Virus record (IMG/VR): IMGVR_UViG_3300036795_000124
Span: 753-64,752 of that record
DNA length: 64,000 nt
Reading direction: 5' to 3' (one strand)
From: a virus
This document shows, piece after piece, positions 34,771 through 44,899 of this stretch. Position 1 is the first letter of the stretch. Each line of letters begins with the position of its first letter. The position numbers and the translations under genes were made by a program. The notes under the pieces were generated by a model. It saw only the letters and a program-made list of their open reading frames with translations, did not search any database and was not told the DNA's origin.

Positions 34771-35757
34771 ATGGCATCCATCGACGAGCTCATGGGCAAT
34801 CCGGCGACCGGGCTCGCCGATGCGCTTGCCGCCGGTCTCATCGATCTGTCGAAGGCGCGCGAGATTACGCTGGATTATTATACCCGCATCGTCCTGCCGC
34901 TCGATGGCTTCGTCTTCTGGATCGCGAGCGGCACGGTCACCGTCAAGGGTGTGCTGCATTACACCTCCGATCGCCCGCAGGATGAGGATGGGACGCTGAC
35001 CGAATCCACCGTGGTGCTGACATGCACACAGGAGATCGTCCAGCTCAACGCCTCGAATACCCAAACCCTGGTCGTGGGTGAAATCGAGGGGCAGAAATAC
35101 GCCTTTCATCGCCACGGGTTCTTCTTCCGTGAGGCCAATGTCTGGCACTACGAGGGCACCACCATCAACGCCAATCTGTCGACGCAGCTGATCGATGATC
35201 CCTCAGCGCTCGATCCCACCCAGGTCATCGTCTCCGACAGCCTGCCGATCTGGTTGCAGATCGCCAGCTATTCGCCGATATGGCTGAACCCGCCAAATCC
35301 CATGGTCACGCTGTATCCGTCCTATCTGGTGCCCGACAACCTGCCGCCGATTTATGGCGCGGTGCACCATGAACCCGAGGCGATCCGCGCCTTGCAGGAC
35401 GCGCCGCTGCTGCGCCCGCAAATCGGCGTCACGCCCGGCACCCCGCCGGTCAATGTCGGACTGCTGCACAATCAGCTGGTGACCGAACAGGTGCGCGTGA
35501 CGCTGTATGGATGCAACAATGCGATGGCAGTGGATTTCCTCGATACCGTGCTGCGGTATTCGCTCGATACCGACAACATCGGCATCATGAACATGCCGGC
35601 GATTCGCGACGGCAAGAAAGGATGGGCGGACGGCATGTTGATCGCTCAGCAGAAGATCATCGATTTCGACATCAGTTATGTGCAAAATCGCGCCTACGCG
35701 GTCGCGACACAGCTGATCCTGTCCGCGCAGGCCAGCGTCATCGACGCCACCCCGTGA
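34771..35757 (+). CDS. Neck/tail terminator-like protein
   Basis: Position; LPLDGFVFW motif. Confidence 0.6.
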   Translation: MASIDELMGNPATGLADALAAGLIDLSKAREITLDYYTRIVLPLDGFVFWIASGTVTVKGVLHYTSDRPQDEDGTLTESTVVLTCTQEIVQLNASNTQTLVVGEIEGQKYAFHRHGFFFREANVWHYEGTTINANLSTQLIDDPSALDPTQVIVSDSLPIWLQIASYSPIWLNPPNPMVTLYPSYLVPDNLPPIYGAVHHEPEAIRALQDAPLLRPQIGVTPGTPPVNVGLLHNQLVTEQVRVTLYGCNNAMAVDFLDTVLRYSLDTDNIGIMNMPAIRDGKKGWADGMLIAQQKIIDFDISYVQNRAYAVATQLILSAQASVIDATP

Positions 35758-35780
35758 CCGTGTGTTAATCGGAGATCGCT

Positions 35781-36098
35781 ATGGCCAAAAACTTCCGCGC
35801 AGGAAATGCCAGCTCGATCGTGAATGGCGGAACGGCCGTCGCGGCGATCATCGGGCCATGCAACGGCGGCTATATCGCCAATCCCGCTAACGCGGCAGCT
35901 CAGGGAATCGGCGCGGCTGAGGCGCTCTATGTCGATCCTACGACACCACCCGGCCATGCGGACGCGAACGCGAACGGCACATGCAGCGCGATACAACCGG
36001 GCGGTGTGTGGACGCTGGCACAACCGATCGGTACTGGCCAGACGATCTGGGCAAACGCGACAACCACGAATCACGCCTTCACCGTGGTTATCAACTGA
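35781..36098 (+). CDS. Small virion-like protein
   Basis: GGAGA SD; beta-rich. Confidence 0.55.
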   Translation: MAKNFRAGNASSIVNGGTAVAAIIGPCNGGYIANPANAAAQGIGAAEALYVDPTTPPGHADANANGTCSAIQPGGVWTLAQPIGTGQTIWANATTTNHAFTVVIN

Positions 36099-37132
36099 TG
36101 CGCGGCCTCACGCGCGCTGCCACGTTTCTGCTGCTGACAGCATCTCTCGCAGCAGCGCAACCAAGCCCGAGTGGTCCCGGCACAGGCCCGAGCCCGAGCG
36201 GCGGATCGACCATCACGACCACGATTTATACGAGCACAACGAGCGGGATCGTTCTCTCTGGAACGCTCGGGCGCATCATCGTCAAGGGGCAGGGCGGTTG
36301 CGGCGGTGCCGGCGGGGGTATCACGACGCCGTTCACCGGGGCTGGCGGCGGCGGAGGCGGCGGCGGATCGAACAAGGACACCGGTTGGTTTCCGCTCTCA
36401 ATTCTCTCTGGAACCGGCACAGTTACCATCGGAACGTCATGCACGGCGGCCTCCGGCGCGGGAATCGGAGGAACCGGCGCCAACGGTTCGGTTGGAGCCA
36501 ACGCGACCTATGCACAGACGGGATTGCCGGGAGCCATAGTCTCGTTTGGCGGCGGTGGCGGTGCGGGTGCGGTTGGCGGCGCTGGCGCGACGGCGACGGG
36601 CGGCGGCGGCGGCGCCGGAACGGCCGCCGTCGGGGGAAGCTCCACGAATACCACGGGCGGAACCGCAGGGACCAACGGCGGCGTGGCTGGCGGCTCCGGC
36701 ACGTTCTCCCTTGCCAATCCTAACGCTTTTGGCGGTGGCGGCGGTGGCGGGTCCTCGACTGCCGGCGTCGCGGGGTCCGCCTCGCAGACTACAGTCGGGG
36801 CGACCGGCGGTGGTGCCGGTGGAGGCTGCAATGTGGCGACACCGGCTGCTGGCGGTCTGGCAACGGCCATGTTCACTACGCCTTCAACCGCTGGGGGAAC
36901 AACGGCTGGGGCTACAGGGAATCCCGGAAACACAGGACCTGCGTCCCTCGGTGGATGGGGCGGCTCTGGCGGCTCTGGCGGCGCCGGAGGCACGTCAGCG
37001 GGGGGCAAGGGCGGTGATGGAGGTGTGGGAGGCGGTGGTGGCGGTGGCGGTGGCTCTGGTTGCGGCGCCGCAGCGACTGGCGGCAATGGCGGCGTTGGTG
37101 GCGCTGCGCAAATCATCACCATGACGCAGTAA
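36098..37132 (+). CDS. Glycine-rich protein with predicted signal peptide
   Basis: MRGLTRAATFLLLTASLAAA-Q; GGGGGG repeats of the fibre-associated type. Confidence 0.7.
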   Translation: MRGLTRAATFLLLTASLAAAQPSPSGPGTGPSPSGGSTITTTIYTSTTSGIVLSGTLGRIIVKGQGGCGGAGGGITTPFTGAGGGGGGGGSNKDTGWFPLSILSGTGTVTIGTSCTAASGAGIGGTGANGSVGANATYAQTGLPGAIVSFGGGGGAGAVGGAGATATGGGGGAGTAAVGGSSTNTTGGTAGTNGGVAGGSGTFSLANPNAFGGGGGGGSSTAGVAGSASQTTVGATGGGAGGGCNVATPAAGGLATAMFTTPSTAGGTTAGATGNPGNTGPASLGGWGGSGGSGGAGGTSAGGKGGDGGVGGGGGGGGGSGCGAAATGGNGGVGGAAQIITMTQ

Positions 37133-37137
37133 CAGCC

Positions 37138-37785
37138 ATGGCACAGTCTAAGTTCTTCGATCTGATCAAGTGCTTCTCGACCACCGTTGGCACCGGAAAT
37201 CTAACAATCGGACCGGCGGTGCCTGGTTTCCTGAATTTTAGTACCGGCGGCGTGGTTTCCGGCGACCCTGTTCCGTACACACTCTTCGACGGGCCATCAC
37301 CGTCCACCGGTCAGATTACCGCCAGCGAGACCGGCCAGGGCACGGCCACGCTGTCCGGAAGCACATGGGCGCTAACCAGACACATCCGCAAATCCACCAA
37401 CGACAATGCAGCAATCAACTGTAGCGGCAACGAAGTAGTTGCGCTCACTTTGGCGGCGGAAGATCTGGAATTTGTCGGCAGGATCAGCGGCACGTTTGGC
37501 GCTGACGGATCGATGGTGGATCAGTTGCCGGCAGGAGCAGTGATTACAGGGGGGAGGATCACTGCTAATAATTCCACCGGGGTCACCATCTCTCTGGGGT
37601 CGTCCTCTGGCGGCGGCGATCTGTTGCAGGCGACGGCTATCGCTGGCGCACCGAACCCAGGTCAGCCTCTGCAGGGCATCAACTTCCTGACGACCATGTT
37701 CGCCTCAGATCAGACGATATTCGTCCACGCGCCAGCATGGGCAGGCGCATCCGTCACCATCACCATTTGGTTCCTGGGACCATAA
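37138..37785 (+). CDS. Fibre-associated protein
   Basis: N-terminal STTVGTGNLTIGPAVPGF motif common in phage fibre proteins. Confidence 0.6.
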   Translation: MAQSKFFDLIKCFSTTVGTGNLTIGPAVPGFLNFSTGGVVSGDPVPYTLFDGPSPSTGQITASETGQGTATLSGSTWALTRHIRKSTNDNAAINCSGNEVVALTLAAEDLEFVGRISGTFGADGSMVDQLPAGAVITGGRITANNSTGVTISLGSSSGGGDLLQATAIAGAPNPGQPLQGINFLTTMFASDQTIFVHAPAWAGASVTITIWFLGP

Positions 37786-37786
37786 G

Positions 37787-38275
37787 ATGATGAAACGCCT
37801 ATTGCTTGTGGTCTCAATCGTTGGCGTTATCGCGGCGGGTCCGCCTCCGGTCCCCACCCAGAACGGCGGGACGGGAACCGGGGCGCCATCGACGACCGGC
37901 CAGATTCCGATCAGCCAAGCTGATGGCAGTTCGACCTGGACAAGTATCGCCGGGTGCAATCTGTCTGTCGGCGGGTTCATGCTGTGCAACAGCACCGCAG
38001 GATCGGTGGTAAACCGAAGCGGCTCGATTACGGCGGGAGGCGTCGCGCAAACCGTCATGCCTCCAAATCAGAATCGCAGCGGATGCAACATCCAGGCGCT
38101 TGGCGGCAGCGACCTGTGGGTGAACATCAGCGGAACGGCATCACCGGGGACCGGATCATACGACATTCCGCCCGGCTCGGTGTTCGTCTGCACACAGCCG
38201 ACGCCGACCGGGAGCATCAGCATCTTCAGCGCGATCACCGGGACGCCGTTCACCGCGACGGAACTATCGCAATGA
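37787..38275 (+). CDS. Predicted secreted beta-sandwich protein
   Basis: Signal-like N-terminus; C-terminal domain paralogous to the next gene. Confidence 0.65.
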   Translation: MMKRLLLVVSIVGVIAAGPPPVPTQNGGTGTGAPSTTGQIPISQADGSSTWTSIAGCNLSVGGFMLCNSTAGSVVNRSGSITAGGVAQTVMPPNQNRSGCNIQALGGSDLWVNISGTASPGTGSYDIPPGSVFVCTQPTPTGSISIFSAITGTPFTATELSQ

Positions 38276-38604
38276 GTCGTCCTCTCTGCGCATTGCTGTT
38301 CCTGTTCCTGGGAACCGTCTGCGCGACTGCCGCTCAGGTCAACCGCAGCGGATCGATCATTCTAGGGGGCACGGCGCAGACGCTGGCGCCGGCGAACCTC
38401 AATAGGTTAGGATGCGTGATTCAGCCGCTTGGGACGACCGACTTCTGGATCAGCCTCACCGGCACCGCAGGTGCCGGACTTGGCTCGTACGTCGTCCCGG
38501 CCGGCTCGGTGTTCGTCTGTCCCAAGCCGGCGCCGACCGGAGCCATAACGATCTTCAGCAACAGCACCGGGCAGCCCTTTACCGCCGTGGAGCTCACCCA
38601 ATGA
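38272..38604 (+). CDS. Predicted secreted beta-sandwich protein (paralog)
   Basis: Signal ending ATA-A; VNRSGSI...PFTAVEL matches the upstream gene. Confidence 0.65.
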   Translation: MSRPLCALLFLFLGTVCATAAQVNRSGSIILGGTAQTLAPANLNRLGCVIQPLGTTDFWISLTGTAGAGLGSYVVPAGSVFVCPKPAPTGAITIFSNSTGQPFTAVELTQ

Positions 38605-39677
38605 GGCGCTTCCTTCTCACGGCCGCGGCCCTGCTTCTGCTGTCGTCTTCGGCTTTGGCTGACATCTCGTTCGCGCCACATTTCCCCTATGCCGTCGTGT
38701 TCACCGGCGGCCCTGTGGCGACGTTCGGGTCCGTCACTGGGGGCAGTGGCTACACGACTGGTACCTACACCAATGTGCCGCTCACCGGCGGCAGCGGCAC
38801 CGGGGCGCAGGCGACGATAGTGATCGCTGGCGGCGCGGTGACCACCGTCACGCTGACCAATCCCGGCGCCGCGATAACGAGCACGGGTGCCGTCGGCTAT
38901 CTCGTCATCGACGTTCTTTCGGCCGATACGGCGACGATCGGCGGCGGCGCCGGCAGCGGGTTTTCGATCCCTGTCGCGACCGTGGGCACCTACGTATGGC
39001 CGACGCCGCAATTCGGCTCCAGCCTTCTCGTGGACGAATGCGGCGGGGGAGCCGGGGGCGGCGGAGGGCAGTCGACTTCCGGCGCAGGCGGCGGCGGCGG
39101 CAGCTCCGGATCGTCCGTCTACAACTGGCCGCTTCCCTTCACCCCCGGGTCCTCGCTGACCATCGCTCCTGGACAGCCCGGTGTTGGAGGATTGGTGGAC
39201 GGCGTCGGCGGCGCTGGCGGTGCCAGTTCCGTAACGGGCGGCCTGCAGGTTCTTCCGTCGATCCCTGGCGGCGGCGGCGGGCAACCCGGCGCGGCTAACG
39301 TCGGAGGCACGGGCGGCAACGCCGGCAACGGCCAGGGCGGCGGCGGCGCGGCTGGTGCGATCGGCTCGACGTCCGCGCTCAACAATATCCACTACATGAA
39401 CGGCAATGGCGGCGGCGGTGGCGGCAGTATAGCAGGCGTCGGGGGTGCGGGAGGCGGCGGCCTGATAGGGCCGTTCAGCTCGACGGCGGCGGGCGCCGGC
39501 AATGGGGCAGGCGGCGGGGGCGCCAGGTCCGTATACGGCGACGGCGCGCATGGCGGCGACAACGGGAGCAACGACGCCAGGTCGCCGGTGACCGGCTTCT
39601 GCGGCGGCGGGGGCGGCGGGGCGGTTACTTTCCCAGGTGCGCCCGGTGCGCCGGGGATGGTCGAGCTCAGGTTCTAG
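38601..39677 (+). CDS. Glycine-rich protein with signal peptide
   Basis: MRRFLLTAAALLLLSSSALA-D; GGSGYT module; Gly-rich C-terminus. Confidence 0.7.
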   Translation: MRRFLLTAAALLLLSSSALADISFAPHFPYAVVFTGGPVATFGSVTGGSGYTTGTYTNVPLTGGSGTGAQATIVIAGGAVTTVTLTNPGAAITSTGAVGYLVIDVLSADTATIGGGAGSGFSIPVATVGTYVWPTPQFGSSLLVDECGGGAGGGGGQSTSGAGGGGGSSGSSVYNWPLPFTPGSSLTIAPGQPGVGGLVDGVGGAGGASSVTGGLQVLPSIPGGGGGQPGAANVGGTGGNAGNGQGGGGAAGAIGSTSALNNIHYMNGNGGGGGGSIAGVGGAGGGGLIGPFSSTAAGAGNGAGGGGARSVYGDGAHGGDNGSNDARSPVTGFCGGGGGGAVTFPGAPGAPGMVELRF

Positions 39678-39680
39678 ACG

Positions 39681-41465
39681 ATGCGTCGCCGGGACTTCCT
39701 GCGCGGCTCCACGGCGCTTGCCGGCATCGCCTTTCAGGGCGGCCTGCGTGGCATCCTGCCTACCTCGTTGGTGGCGATCGACGGCTTGATCTCCTACGGC
39801 CAGTCGTGGCGTGTGAATTTCTTCAACAACTTCGGTATTGTTGATCTAAACCAACTCGCGGTCCTCGCCTTCAAGACCACCAATCCGGTCTTTCCGCTTT
39901 TGCCTGTTTCGGCTGGGATATCCATCGCCGGGGTCATCAACGGCGTCGGGCAGTACGCGCCGTCCGACGTGTATACGATCGGCCGGTGCTCGGTCATAGC
40001 GCAGCAGCTCTGGCGCATCCACAGTGGCGCCACCGTTCCCCAACAGCCGATCGCAGAGTTCTGCGCGGCCTATCCGGGATCGACGTGGGGATGGGGTGGC
40101 GGCGCCGGCCTAGCGCCTGGAGCCACGTTCACCGCCTCCATCGCGTCCAACGTGATGACCGTGGCCAGCGTCGGAACCGGTCAGTACGTTTCGGACAACT
40201 CGACGCTCAGCGGCGCCGGGATACCGGCGTCCACCTTCGTCTTCAGCGGAGGCCCGCCGAGCGGATCGGGAGGAGTCGGCACGTATCAGGTTGGCGTCGG
40301 GCAGACTGTTTCCGCCCCTGTTGCGCCGGTGCCGTTCACGACAGCCGGGTCCTCGTTCAAGGGTTGGATTCTTCTTAACCTGCTTGAGGTTTCGTCCGTG
40401 ACGTCGGGCACGATCTCGATCGGCGAGACGGTCGTCGGGTCCGGCGCAAAGGCCAACAGCGTGATCATCGGTCAGAATTCCGGCACGACTGGCGGCGTCG
40501 GCGAGTATGTCCTGCAGGTTGGCACTCCGTTTACCGTCGGCAGCGAGACGATGACCACGACGGGCACGAGCTGGACGAACATGCGCACCGTTCTGTCGCA
40601 GATGGCGCCGCTGTTCCCCGCAAAGTCGTACGCTTCGATCAAGTATACCAGCGTCGGCTGGACGCAGGGCACCTCGACGGACGGAACGCTGGCGACCAAG
40701 CTCACTGATCTGGCTACGATGATCCAGGACTTCGACGCACTATCATACAGCGTTCTTGCGCCATTTCTGGACTTCTATCTGGGACTGCCTGCGGCGCCCT
40801 CTGTGGACACCACATATGGCAGTACGGGGCAGATAGCCGGATATTGGGGTACTTATCTGTTCCTGCGCGCCAATGCCCCTGGGGCTGGCGGACCATATTC
40901 CGGCCGAATATGGGCGAGTGCGCCGTCCTATCCGTGGATATTTGATGGGAGCGGCATCCACACCACTGGATATGGCATGATCCGGTGGGCCGAGTTGGAG
41001 GGCTATGCGCGTCATCTCGTGCGTGATCTTGGCGTTCAGTGGACGCCGCTCTGGCGCTCCATGACAAATCCGATCACTCGATCCGGCACCACGTTCATTG
41101 TTCCGTTCGATCGACCGACTGGTCCAGATTTCACGACTGCCCCGATGGCGTGGCAATCCGATCCGCAGGACGGGATACAGGTCTGGCCACAGTACGGCTG
41201 GCACGTGAAGCGGAGCGGCACGGAAATGCCGCTGGTCTCCGATCCGATCATCAGTGGCATGAGCGTCATTCTGGACATCGGAACGGCCGCTTTGGTCGGG
41301 GACGAGGTTAGCTATTGCTTCTATGGACCAGGCGGCACGGTTCCGCCTGGGATCATCCCCGGCGTTGGCGGCAATCTGGTGATGAATGGTCCTGCCAGCG
41401 TGATGGTGCCAGGCAAGCAACTCGGAATGTGGGCATGGCCGTTCGCTGAGAACGTAACGACATGA
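39681..41465 (+). CDS. Tat-signal protein, SGNH/sialate O-acetylesterase-like with inserted beta repeats
   Basis: RRDFL twin-arginine motif; YGQS, WTQG and GIH motifs. Confidence 0.55.
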   Translation: MRRRDFLRGSTALAGIAFQGGLRGILPTSLVAIDGLISYGQSWRVNFFNNFGIVDLNQLAVLAFKTTNPVFPLLPVSAGISIAGVINGVGQYAPSDVYTIGRCSVIAQQLWRIHSGATVPQQPIAEFCAAYPGSTWGWGGGAGLAPGATFTASIASNVMTVASVGTGQYVSDNSTLSGAGIPASTFVFSGGPPSGSGGVGTYQVGVGQTVSAPVAPVPFTTAGSSFKGWILLNLLEVSSVTSGTISIGETVVGSGAKANSVIIGQNSGTTGGVGEYVLQVGTPFTVGSETMTTTGTSWTNMRTVLSQMAPLFPAKSYASIKYTSVGWTQGTSTDGTLATKLTDLATMIQDFDALSYSVLAPFLDFYLGLPAAPSVDTTYGSTGQIAGYWGTYLFLRANAPGAGGPYSGRIWASAPSYPWIFDGSGIHTTGYGMIRWAELEGYARHLVRDLGVQWTPLWRSMTNPITRSGTTFIVPFDRPTGPDFTTAPMAWQSDPQDGIQVWPQYGWHVKRSGTEMPLVSDPIISGMSVILDIGTAALVGDEVSYCFYGPGGTVPPGIIPGVGGNLVMNGPASVMVPGKQLGMWAWPFAENVTT

Positions 41466-41473
41466 GGTGATAG

Positions 41474-41947
41474 ATGCTTCTAGGCGGTGAATCACTTGCG
41501 GCTGTGCCCCTGGCGGCGTTCCAATTCTCATCGGGACCGCAACTGAAATCGGGGGGTCGCGCCGCGCTGCTGCCGGTCGATAATGCGATCCTGAGCAACA
41601 GGCAATTTCCGACACCGCAGCCATTTCCGCTGGGCGCGATGGGATATACCGATATCGATGGCGCATGGGTCGTTGATTGTTCTGCGAACATGACACAACG
41701 CGGCACCACGATCGAAGCCATCAACGCCACCAATGTCATGGTCCAACGCGTCGATCAGAGACCGATGGGCGCGATGGACATCACGGTAAGCAATGTCGCG
41801 GTCCAGTCCGGCGGACTCAAATTCATCTTCGACGTGACCGCTCACGGTCTATCAACGCAATATTTGCTCGGCTTTCCCCTATCCCTTGCCAACGGCGATC
41901 TGATCGTTCGCTGGGGAATTCTGACCACCATTCCCCATCCTGGCTGA
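41474..41947 (+). CDS. Hypothetical virion-like protein
   Basis: GAGGTG SD; position. Confidence 0.55.
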   Translation: MLLGGESLAAVPLAAFQFSSGPQLKSGGRAALLPVDNAILSNRQFPTPQPFPLGAMGYTDIDGAWVVDCSANMTQRGTTIEAINATNVMVQRVDQRPMGAMDITVSNVAVQSGGLKFIFDVTAHGLSTQYLLGFPLSLANGDLIVRWGILTTIPHPG

Positions 41948-41988
41948 TCCAGTGTTATGATCAGCCTTAGTTCAGAGGAGTCGCGGCA

Positions 41989-42315
41989 ATGCCACAGGGT
42001 CCACTTCCGGTCTTTGACAGTTCGCTGAGCGGCAACAAAAGCGCGCTGAACATCTCGGCAGTAGGCGTCATCAAAGCCACGCCCGGGCGGATCAACCGCA
42101 TCGTGCTCACCGGCACGGTCGGTACGGGAGGTGCTCTGACGATCAATGATTGCGCGACGACAGCGGCGGCGGCGGCGGCGAATGTCGTCTTTTCGACCGC
42201 CGGCACGCTGGCGGTGGGATCGGTGATCAACCTCGATTGGCCGTGTCTGGTGGGTATTACGGTCTCCGCGTTCCCCACCGGGGGCGCCCCAAAGGTCGCG
42301 ATTTCCTTCGTCTGA
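41989..42315 (+). CDS. Small virion-like protein
   Basis: GAGGAG SD; LNISAVGVIKATPGRI motif. Confidence 0.6.
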   Translation: MPQGPLPVFDSSLSGNKSALNISAVGVIKATPGRINRIVLTGTVGTGGALTINDCATTAAAAAANVVFSTAGTLAVGSVINLDWPCLVGITVSAFPTGGAPKVAISFV

Positions 42316-42344
42316 CCGCGTTCACGCATTGAAAGGCGACCGCC

Positions 42345-43736
42345 ATGCCCGCCACGAACATTGTCCAGATCAACGTATCGTTGCAGCAGGCGCCGTTGCC
42401 CAGCATGCTGCAACAATCCGGTGCGTTTCTCAGCCAGGGTGCTACCGATCTTACACCGGGCACTTTGTCCAATCCGCTGACCCAGGCCGGCGATATCGCG
42501 ACGATCATCGCCTCGGCGCTGGCGATCACCTCGATCGCCTGGCTGAGCAGCGTGGCCACGGTGACCACCGCCGCACCGCACGGCTATACCATCTCCGATG
42601 TCGTCCAGTTGACCATCGCTGGCGCGGTTCCCGCCGCATACAACGGCACGTACCAATGCACGATTACCGGCGCATCGACCTTTACCTATCCCCTGACGCC
42701 CAATCCCGGCACCAGCCCGGCCTCCACGCCGGGCACCTATACGCCGGAGGATGTGGGTGAGCTCGTCGCGATGAACACGACCTATTTCGCGCAAGGCACA
42801 GCGCAATCCGTCCGCGTACTCGAGCTTGGCAAGGGCACGCCGGCCGAAGGTGTGGCCGCGCTGACCACGTGGCTGAACAACAATCCGAACATCCTCTATG
42901 CCGTGCTGGTACCGCGCGCCTGGGATGGCGTCTCATCGTTCCTGGCACTCATCGCGTCGTACGAAAGCACGACCTCGAAATTCTACTTCTACGTGACGAC
43001 GACCACGGGCACGTACACCGACTATACAGCGCTCATGAAAGACGTCGTCGCCATGGTCGAGGCGCCAGCCATTCCCTCGATCGAATTCTCACTGGCGGCT
43101 GGATTCTACCGGCTGCTGTCGCAGAACCCAGGACCCACCAACAAACTGCCGCCGTTCTCCTTCGCCCAGCTGTTCGGCGTCACGCCCTATCCGATGGCGG
43201 GCAACAACGCGCTACTGACCAATCTCAAGGCGGCTGGCGTCAATGTGGTGCTGACCGGCGCCGAGGGCGGGCTCACCAACACTTATCTGTACTGGGGCAC
43301 CACGATGGATGGGCGAGACATCGCCTACTGGTATTCCATCGATTGGGTGCAGATCCAATCGCAGATCGCGCTGGCGAACGAGGTTATCAACGGCTCTAAC
43401 ACGCCGCTCAACCCGCTCTACTACGACCAGCAAGGGGTCAACCGCCTGCAAAGCCGCGAGGCGCAGGTGATGACCAACGCCGTGGTCTTTGGCATGGCGA
43501 CCGGCGCCATCACGCTCACCGAATTCGACGGCACGCAATTGGCGGCGGCGCTGAATTCCAACCAGTTCACCAATCAGTTGGTAGTCAACGCGGTGCCCTT
43601 TGTCAGCTACGCGACCTCGCTGCCAGGGGATTATCGCATCGGCAAATACGGCGGCCTGGCGGTGGTCTTCATCGTCAATCGCGGATTCACGGCCATTATA
43701 CTGAATATTATTGCGACCGACTTCGTTACATTCTGA
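42345..43736 (+). CDS. Tail sheath protein (DUF3383-like)
   Basis: NIVQINVS start; YWYSIDWVQI and PLYYDQQGVNRLQ motifs. Confidence 0.85.
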   Translation: MPATNIVQINVSLQQAPLPSMLQQSGAFLSQGATDLTPGTLSNPLTQAGDIATIIASALAITSIAWLSSVATVTTAAPHGYTISDVVQLTIAGAVPAAYNGTYQCTITGASTFTYPLTPNPGTSPASTPGTYTPEDVGELVAMNTTYFAQGTAQSVRVLELGKGTPAEGVAALTTWLNNNPNILYAVLVPRAWDGVSSFLALIASYESTTSKFYFYVTTTTGTYTDYTALMKDVVAMVEAPAIPSIEFSLAAGFYRLLSQNPGPTNKLPPFSFAQLFGVTPYPMAGNNALLTNLKAAGVNVVLTGAEGGLTNTYLYWGTTMDGRDIAYWYSIDWVQIQSQIALANEVINGSNTPLNPLYYDQQGVNRLQSREAQVMTNAVVFGMATGAITLTEFDGTQLAAALNSNQFTNQLVVNAVPFVSYATSLPGDYRIGKYGGLAVVFIVNRGFTAIILNIIATDFVTF

Positions 43737-44452
43737 TGGCATATACCGAAGCAGATGCGGCAGCGCAAAAGCGCTACAGAGAACGTCACCCAGATAGGGT
43801 CAGGGCGGCTGCTGCTGCGCAATATGCCAAGAACCCGAAATATCAGTTGGAGTGGCGCAAGAGAAATCCGGAAGCCTACAAGGCGATCCTCGAACGAAAA
43901 CGCGAAAAACCCGAGACGGTAGAACGACAGAAGAGATGGGAAGCGGCCAATCCGGATAAGGTCTTGGCTCGGCAGAGACGCTATCGGGAAAAACATCGTG
44001 CCGAACTCGCGGAGAGAACGCGACTCCGACGCGAGGCTGACCCCGATCCCGACACGAGACGCGCCCGTGACGCTGCGTTGAAGCAGCAATTGCGCGTCGA
44101 ACGCCCCGACGAATGCAAAGCGCAGCGCGATGCCTGGGTTGCGAAGAACCGCGACAAGATGGTCGGCTATTGCGCGCAGCGGAATGCGCTCATCAAAGGC
44201 GCGCCAGGATCATTGTCAGACGGTCTGATCGATCTGCTGCTTGATGAACAAGGGCATCGATGCCCGTATTGCTGGCAGAGATTTGGCGACGGATTGCCAT
44301 GGACGCTTGATCACTATCTTCCGCTTCGCCGAGGTGGCGCGCATAACGACGACAACATCCAATTGGCGTGTTTCTCCTGCAACTGCCGCAAGAGCCGTAA
44401 AGACCCGACGAAATTCGTGCTACAAATAATGCACGCTGAAGGAGCGTTGTAG
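43736..44452 (+). CDS. HNH homing endonuclease
   Basis: CPYC...DHYLPLRRGGAHNDDNIQLACFSCN; Arg/Glu-rich N-terminus. Confidence 0.9.
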   Translation: MAYTEADAAAQKRYRERHPDRVRAAAAAQYAKNPKYQLEWRKRNPEAYKAILERKREKPETVERQKRWEAANPDKVLARQRRYREKHRAELAERTRLRREADPDPDTRRARDAALKQQLRVERPDECKAQRDAWVAKNRDKMVGYCAQRNALIKGAPGSLSDGLIDLLLDEQGHRCPYCWQRFGDGLPWTLDHYLPLRRGGAHNDDNIQLACFSCNCRKSRKDPTKFVLQIMHAEGAL

Positions 44453-44454
44453 CT

Positions 44455-44895
44455 ATGCCGAACCCCCTCACGCCCCAAGGAACTTTAAACCGGCTGCGTG
44501 CCTCGATCACGTGGCCCAATTTCGCCAACCTCAACATCGTCTCGGGCTATCTCGGGCGGATGGGGATCAGGCTGGCGCTGGACGGCGATTCGACGCTGTT
44601 CATCCCAGCGATGACGGGGACGGTGACCTCGCCCGAGCCTTACATGATGATCACGGCGACGGCGCATCTGTTGAAGAGCCAGCCGCTCGCGGCCGCCTAC
44701 AAGGCGCAGATGGAGCTGTCGGCGCTGCTGGGCGACGGCACCGTGCGATCGGACTCGGCGGTGCTGACGCCCTATCAGATCGTCAATTGCGCGATCCAGA
44801 GCGTGCGCGAGCTCAACTTCGCCGGCGACGACGGCGATTGGGCGGTGACCTTCCGTGGCCAGTACTATGTGAACTCCAACCTGTTCAACGGGTGA
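44455..44895 (+). CDS. Tail tube protein
   Basis: QGTLNRLRAS...VTSPEPY; follows the sheath. Confidence 0.8.
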   Translation: MPNPLTPQGTLNRLRASITWPNFANLNIVSGYLGRMGIRLALDGDSTLFIPAMTGTVTSPEPYMMITATAHLLKSQPLAAAYKAQMELSALLGDGTVRSDSAVLTPYQIVNCAIQSVRELNFAGDDGDWAVTFRGQYYVNSNLFNG

Positions 44896-44899
44896 TCTT

